Origin: Saprolegnia diclina VS20
Lineage: Eukaryota
Assembly (NCBI RefSeq): GCF_000281045.1
Contig: NW_008246093.1
Location: forward strand, 346,986-381,160
DNA length: 34,175 nt
Direction: 5' to 3'
Positions 33,240-34,175 of the stretch are shown here, in pieces (position 1 is the stretch's first letter; each line of letters begins with the position of its first letter). A program made the position numbers and the translations under genes. The notes beneath the pieces are model-generated. The model saw nothing but the letters and a program-made list of their open reading frames with translations, was not told the DNA's origin and searched no databases.

Positions 33240-34175
33240 CTAGCTCTCCTGGCGCTTGCGCTTGCTGGCGAGAAGGCGAACAAGGTGCGTCTTGAGCTCG
33301 ACGTCCTGAACCAAAGAAGTATTCGTCTTGAGCTGCTCTGTGCTGTTTGTCGCGCCCGTTACATGGGCAGTACAAATGACAATGGCCAGCGCCCAGTCGA
33401 CAACCTCGCCAGCCTCCAGCAGCGTGGTCGCACGCGCCGCCACGCTTGGCGGAAGCGTGGTCGTTTGGCTCACCTTCCGACCTTGGTATGTGAGCTCGGG
33501 TGTGATCAGGTGCAGCATCGTCTTGCGGCGGCGGTCGGGTATCTTGTAGAGCTTCAAAAGAAAGAGAACGTTGTCGAGATGGTCGGTCGCGTGCATGCAG
33601 TACGACAACAAGAGCTTGCTCTCCGTCACGTGCTTGGGACGACCTGCCATCTGGTAGAGGCATTTGCGCGGGTTGCCAATGCCGGCGGCGAAGAGGAAGC
33701 GGGTCGCCGCCGTGTTGTGGCTGGCAGAAGCGGTTTGGAGGAGCTCCTCGTGTCGGAGCTCTGGTTGGCGCTGCAGAATGTGCGCCGCGAGGTCGAGACC
33801 GTCGGGCCCGAGTAATGACTGCAGCGCATTCATCGAGACATTGATCGTGGTATTGGCCAAGAGAAAGCGCACGACGTCCCACGCCTTGTGGAAGATGGCC
33901 ACTGCCAAGGCGCCGGGGCCACAGCGCCCGTCTGCGTGCTCAAGAAGAAGCTGCACCAATGGCACGTTGTTGGCAGCGCAGGCTTGCTCCATCCAGGTGT
34001 CATCCCAGAGATCGCCACGGGTGGCGAGGAGGCGAAACACACCAAGTATCTCGGGCTTGCGAAAGACGTCATCTTCAAACTCAATGTCAAACGTCGGAAA
34101 TGGGAACCCGACCGAGAGCAGGTACTCGGCCGTGCGCAGATGCCCACCCTCGAGCGCATACTGCACGGCAAGATC
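33240..34175 (-). CDS. Ankyrin-repeat-like protein (5' end beyond window), C-terminus ...LLASKRKRQES
   Basis: An open frame of more than 308 aa runs off the window end. It has degenerate ankyrin units: 'YALEGGHLRTAEYLL', 'ACAANNVPLVQLLLEH', 'AIFHKAWDVVRFLL' and 'ASASHNTAATRFL'. Confidence 0.75.
   Translation of the reverse strand, partial: DLAVQYALEGGHLRTAEYLLSVGFPFPTFDIEFEDDVFRKPEILGVFRLLATRGDLWDDTWMEQACAANNVPLVQLLLEHADGRCGPGALAVAIFHKAWDVVRFLLANTTINVSMNALQSLLGPDGLDLAAHILQRQPELRHEELLQTASASHNTAATRFLFAAGIGNPRKCLYQMAGRPKHVTESKLLLSYCMHATDHLDNVLFLLKLYKIPDRRRKTMLHLITPELTYQGRKVSQTTTLPPSVAARATTLLEAGEVVDWALAIVICTAHVTGATNSTEQLKTNTSLVQDVELKTHLVRLLASKRKRQES

Noticed and set aside
32659..33882. ORFs spanning the N run
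   Set aside because: Artefacts of translating through the gap.

Overview
This is eukaryotic, GC-rich, gene-dense DNA with very short (about 36-80 nt) GT-AG introns and oomycete-type core promoter motifs. It is most consistent with a Saprolegniales oomycete (Saprolegnia-like); this is inferred from gene style, not from a database hit. Splicing the fragmented ORF track by hand gives about 12 protein genes: a DH-PH RhoGEF (-), glutamine-dependent asparagine synthetase (+), a multi-exon WW-WW/coiled-coil/EF-hand protein (+), a small CSRNP-N-like protein with an RVxF-type motif (+), an MPPED1/2-family metallophosphoesterase with an unusual Cys/His C-terminal tail (+), a HAD-like conserved hypothetical protein (-), cystathionine beta-synthase (-), a SAPS-like/PH/atypical-FYVE protein (+), two tandem TKL-like probable pseudokinases (+), a Myb-repeat protein (+) and a 5'-truncated ankyrin-repeat-like gene (-) with an adjacent decayed copy. 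An internally deleted hAT DNA transposon (16719-17984) has clear TIRs and a perfect 8-bp TSD. A 486-N gap is flanked by an identical 61-bp sequence. I see no RNA genes, CRISPR array or operon-like multi-gene system. The best novelty candidates are unusual domain architectures.
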